This document shows, in pieces, positions 59,676 to 64,000 of a stretch of DNA of 64,000 nt (positions are counted from its first letter, which is position 1; each line of letters opens with the position of its first letter). Made by a program: the position numbers and the translations under genes. Source of the DNA: Emiliania huxleyi CCMP1516. Lineage: Eukaryota. The DNA is taken from contig NW_005201202.1 of assembly GCF_000372725.1 (NCBI RefSeq), positions 1 through 64,000 on the forward strand, in the 5' to 3' direction. The notes beneath the pieces are model-generated. The model was given only the letters and a program-made list of their open reading frames with translations. It did no database searches and had not been told where the DNA came from.

Positions 59676-60645
59676 ATGGTGGTGGCCACTCTCACGCTCG
59701 CTGCTGCCGCGCTCGTCGTACCAGCGCCGACGGCCTCGCACTGTCGCACCGCCGGCCCGCCGCGCCTCGCTCAGCCGGCGATGGTGGCACTCAAGGACGA
59801 CCTGCTCTCGCTCACGGCCGGTGCGGCGACCACAGCGCTAGACGACAGGACCCGGGCCCAGGTGAACGAGATCATCCTCGATCTCGAGCGCTCCTCGCCC
59901 ACGCCGCAGCCCGCGGGCAGCAACCTCCTCAACGGCGTCTGGACGATCCAGCTGCCCGGGCAGCTCGGCCAGGGCCTGGTGGACTCGCCGACGCGGGAGC
60001 TGGCGCTCGCGCTGTACTCGACAGCGTACGCGCCGGGCACGCTGCTCCAGCTGTTCAACAAGCTGCCTGCGCCTCTCGGCATCACGCTGGGCGAGATCTC
60101 CGTCACCATCCGGTCGCCTGACGCCGGGCAGCCCCGCGCCTCCACCGAGGTGAGCGTGACGCTGCCGCTGGCGGGCGTGCAGCCGCTCAAGTTCTTCAGC
60201 AACCTGACGCCGGTGAGCGACACGCGCTTGAAGGAGGAGGTCATCGAGGCCGAGGTGCTCGGCCGGCGCCAGCTGCTGCCCGGCCCGCTCGCGAGGACGC
60301 GCACGCTCTTCGTGACGTGCGCACGCCACCGCACCCTCACCCCGCACCCACAGCCTCGTGTCCCTGGCACGCCACCGCACCCTCACCCCGCACCCACAGC
60401 CTCGTGTCCCTGGCGTCACCACGGCCTGCCCTTGGCGCGCCAGGTACCTCGACGAGGACGTGCTAATCACGCGCGACGACTCTGGCGTGGCAGAGGTGCT
60501 CGTGCGCAAGCAGGACATGTCGTGGGCGCGCTCCTCCTCAGAGACGAGCAAGAAGGGCCGCGACGAGGACCTGACCGGCGGCGTCGTGGATGAGGATGCG
60601 CCGCCCACCAGCCCCGGTGGCGACGAGCCGTCGGACATGGAGTGA
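59676..60645 (+). CDS. Plastid lipid-associated protein/fibrillin; intron 60317-60443
   Basis: Signal/transit-like N-terminus; LKDDLL..LE..SPTPQP..LLNGVW; TYLDEDVLITR. Confidence 0.85.
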
Positions 60646-60956
60646 GCCGCCTTCGTACCGTCGGGGCGATGTGTCTTGTGTGGGTGGGTTGTGCGAGGGT
60701 GCGCGGGGACGCGCTGACGGCTGTTTACTGAGACGTTTTCATTTTCATGCCCCAACACCGGGGCCAAGACGATATATACGTACTCCTCTCTCGCACGCGA
60801 CGCGCGCGCACACCTGCTAGCTACTACTCCTCCCTCTCACTGAGACTAAACTGATCATCCGATCAATCACTCTCTGAAAACTATGTGTGTTACTCGTGCA
60901 TGTGCATGTGCATGTGCACCACGCCAAGCTAAGTACGGCCGTGCTCCTAGGAGTGC

Positions 60957-61768
60957 TCAGTACGCCTCCGAGAGCTCAAAGCACAGGTGCCCCTCCGGCA
61001 GCCCAGGCGAGACGCCCAGCGCCGCCGCTCGCCGCAGCAGCGCGCTGCAGTGCATGCTGAGGGTGCGACGCCGCTTGGTCCGCTCCAGCGCGAGCACCGC
61101 GACGCGGCCCGCAGCGCTCGAGGCCTCGCGCTCGGCCGCCACCAGCTGCGCACGACCCGCCCCGCCCTCCTCGCCGCGCTCGTCGCCCTCCGTCCTGTCC
61201 CCGCGATCATCCCTCTCCCCGCCCTCTGCCTTTGGGGCGCCGCGGGAGCGCCACGGCTTTCGAGGGCCGAACAGGCCAAAGTAGCGGCGCGGCGGCAGCG
61301 GCTCGGGAGCGGCGGAATCCCCCTCCGTTGCTGGTTCGGATGCCCGCAGCACCGCCACGGCCCAGCGCTGCTCCCACAACGCGTAGTCCGCCACCGCCGC
61401 GTCGAGCTCCGCCGCGTCGGCAGCGTAGAAGCGCAGGTCCTCCGCCCTCTCGCGCCGCGCCCGCCGCCTCTCCACCGCACTGGCGAGGCTTGGGTCAGCG
61501 CGGAGGGCGTCAAAGGCGGCGACCGTCAGAGGCGACGCCACGACATCGCTCTGCACGCCGCCATCCGCGTCGGCGGGGTCGGCGTCGGCGGCATCGGCGG
61601 CGGCGGAGCGGACAAAGTCGAGGTGCAGCACCCGCTTCTTGAGAGCCCCGTCGAGCTGCCCCACCTCCTCCTCCGAGAGCTGCTGGAGGAGGTCGCCCAG
61701 CGGCGCCCGCCGCGCCGCCACGGCAACGCCGCTCATCTCGCCGAGCAGCATCCACAGCCAGTCCGCCT

Positions 61769-61799
<31 letters not shown>

Positions 61800-62891
61800 G
61801 CCGCCCTCGCCGCCCTCGCCGTCCTCGGCCATCGCGAGCACCTCCTTGAGCCGCTCGAGTCGCGTGGCGACGAGGCCTTGCCGTGCGGCATCGAGGACCT
61901 CGATCGCCGCCGCTCGCTCCTCCTGCGCGATCGCCGCCGCTCGCTCCTCCTGCGCGATCGCCGCCGCTCGCTCCTCCTGCGCGATCGCCGCCGCTCGCTC
62001 CTCCTGCGCGATCGCCGCCGCTCGCTCCTCCTGCGCCGCACCGAGACTGCCTGGCTCAGCGCCACTGGCCGCCGCCTCGCCCTCCTCCTCTCGATCCCCG
62101 CCGCAGTCACCGTCACTGGCAGCCTCCTCGCCACCTCTCCAGCCATCGCCGCCGCCGCCGCCGGCCCCGTCAAGCGCCGCGAAGAGGGAGGCGAGGTCGG
62201 CCGGGTGGCACCCCGTGTGCCTTCGCACCCAAGCGGCGAGGGAAGCCAACCACTCGGGAGCGCCGCAGCGGGCGAGCAGAGCGGCGGCGGCGGCGTCACT
62301 GGCCGGCAGCGAGACCGAGTGGTGAGTGACGCGGCCAGGGTCCTCGCCGCCGCTCCGCAGCAGCTCCTCGCAAAACTCGGCCGCGAAGAGCGTGCCGTCC
62401 GCCACCACACAGATTGTCGCGCCGAGCGGCAGCGCCTCCTCGCAGACCCAGCGGCGGGTCGCCTCCTCCTCGAGGTGCGGCTGGAAGAGGCACAGGACGA
62501 GGCGGCGGGGACCAGAGAGGCAGACCTGCGGCACCGGCGTCTGGAAGCGGCGAGCAAACTCTGCCGCGAGTCGGCCCGGCGGTGCCAATGCAGCGCCGAG
62601 CGGCTCATCCCGCTGCAAGTATAGCCTCAGAGGCCCCTCCGGGTCCAGCGCCGCGATAGCGTCCCGCGCCGTCTCAGCAGCGCTGACACCGCGCACGATG
62701 GCGACGCCCGGCGACGCAAGCCGCGCCGACAAGAGCTCCGCGTCGCGATCAGCCGGCGGGGCTGCCACGGGCAGCCGGGCGTTGGTGCGGGCGACGAGCG
62801 AGTCGTACGACGTGGAGTGGCTGAGGTTGGCCGCGAGCGCGGCAGCAGCGGCCACAGGGACGGCGGCGGCGGCGGCGGCGGCGCGTCTCAT
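60957..62891 (-). CDS. Hypothetical protein with a (QEERAAAIA)x5 repeat
   Basis: Long ORF with coding-like composition; 27-bp tandem repeat at ~61900-62035. Confidence 0.55.
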
Positions 62892-62919
62892 TGGACAGCC
62901 ACAAGGCGGAATCCTCACG

Positions 62920-63789
62920 CCACGCTGAACACGAACCAGATTAGTCCTGTTTACGATAAACTAGGTCTAAACCTGGTATGGCTAATGGGGTTCCTCCCCC
63001 CCCCTCCCCCCCCCGCGTAGCGCGCACCTCCCCCCAGCTCCCCTGCTCTGTGACGAGAGAGATGCGGCTCTCAGCGGCACGCGCAAGCGTCAGCAGCCTT
63101 GCTTCTTCTCGCGCTGGTCGAGGTTGTGCATGGCAATCTTGACCGTCTCGAGGGTCCACGCGGCAGCGTCGAGGGATCTGCTTGCAGAAGCCGCTAATCT
63201 GACACCTGCGTCCTGCCGGAGCGCTTGCCCACAACGCCGACCGTAGTCTGCAGTGAGCGCGCCTCTTCCTTTGCAGAACTGTTGCAGAAAAGACGACGGT
63301 GACGGTGGCGCCCGCCTTGAGGCAGACTTTGGGCTCCATCCTCAGGCTTGGGAGTCGGGCGCAGGCTCTGGCCCGGGCTCGTTGCCCGCGCTGGGCTCGC
63401 CGCCCAGCACAGCCGATCGCCCTCCGGCAGGCGCTTGTCGTGCTCTGGGCCCGGCCTGGGGCTCCGTCGGGCCGGCCGCGCTCCGCCTCGGCGTCTTCTG
63501 GCACGTCCTCAGACTTGTCCTCAGAGAGCTCAGAAAGACGTGCCCATATCTCGGTTCTCGCGCTGATCGTCCTCGGCTGCCGGCGGGGAGAGAGTGCCCT
63601 CCTCCTCCTCAAGCCCACGCCAGTCAGTCTGCCTCTTCGCCCATGGCGCGGAGGCTCCGCGCTGCCCTAGAGGGGCGCCCTAACCGGGTCTAAACCTGGT
63701 ATGGCTAATGGGGTCCCCCACCCAGGCCGAGCCCTGTTTAGACCCAGTTTATCGTAAACAGGACTAATCTGGTTCGTGTTCAGCCGTGG
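62920..63789. mobile_element. MITE with ~50-bp TIRs
   Basis: GCTGAACACGAACCAGATTAGTCCTGTTTACGATAAACT at 62924, inverted at ~63745-63785; repeated GGTCTAAAC motifs. Confidence 0.8.
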
Positions 63790-63970
63790 TCTAAACTGGG
63801 TCTAAACATGGTCTAAACTGGTTCGCTTGGAACTCTCATAATCCAGCGGCGGCTTCCTACCCTATCCCACTGGAGCGGTGAAGGTGTGGTACTATATACC
63901 AACTAAATAAAGTGATGGTTGGTGGTACTCTCCTGTGCAACCACAGTCCTTCCTGTGACATGGCAGTCCG

Positions 63971-64000
63971 GAGCACTTGGAGTGCAGTCATTAACCGCAC
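63971..64000 (-). mobile_element. 3' tail of family A running off the window
   Basis: GGAGCACTTGGAGTGCAGTCATTAACC as at 29005. Confidence 0.6.

Overview
Very GC-rich eukaryotic draft-assembly DNA with two N gaps. It most likely comes from a haptophyte alga of the Emiliania/Gephyrocapsa huxleyi type; this is inferred from a nuclear psbO, frequent GC-AG introns, TTAGGG-like repeats and 10-11 bp minisatellites. There are about 19 protein-coding genes, many of them spliced: DENN fragment, SAM-TM-Pro-rich protein, TRAPPC4, CCDC138-like, tandem RNase III/dsRBD protein, MFS transporter, TauD, S10 carboxypeptidase, PsbO, OTU1-NADAR fusion, HEAT protein, TBC1D31, a 2OG-Fe/Sel1/SET/2OG-Fe/TPR/hydrolase multidomain gene, fibrillin and hypotheticals. 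Intergenic DNA is packed with nested mobile elements: a CRE-like RT+RLE retrotransposon, several 5'-truncated LINE/SINE families with non-poly(A) tails, and three MITEs. The most interesting signals are a frame-restoring intron-like insert inside the retrotransposon RT, a LINE that repeatedly inserts at the same nucleotide of another dispersed repeat, a ~40-bp-period array of operator-like palindromes, introns made of junction duplication plus telomere-like filler, and several unusual domain fusions. Protein calls rest on motifs recognised by eye, not on database searches.
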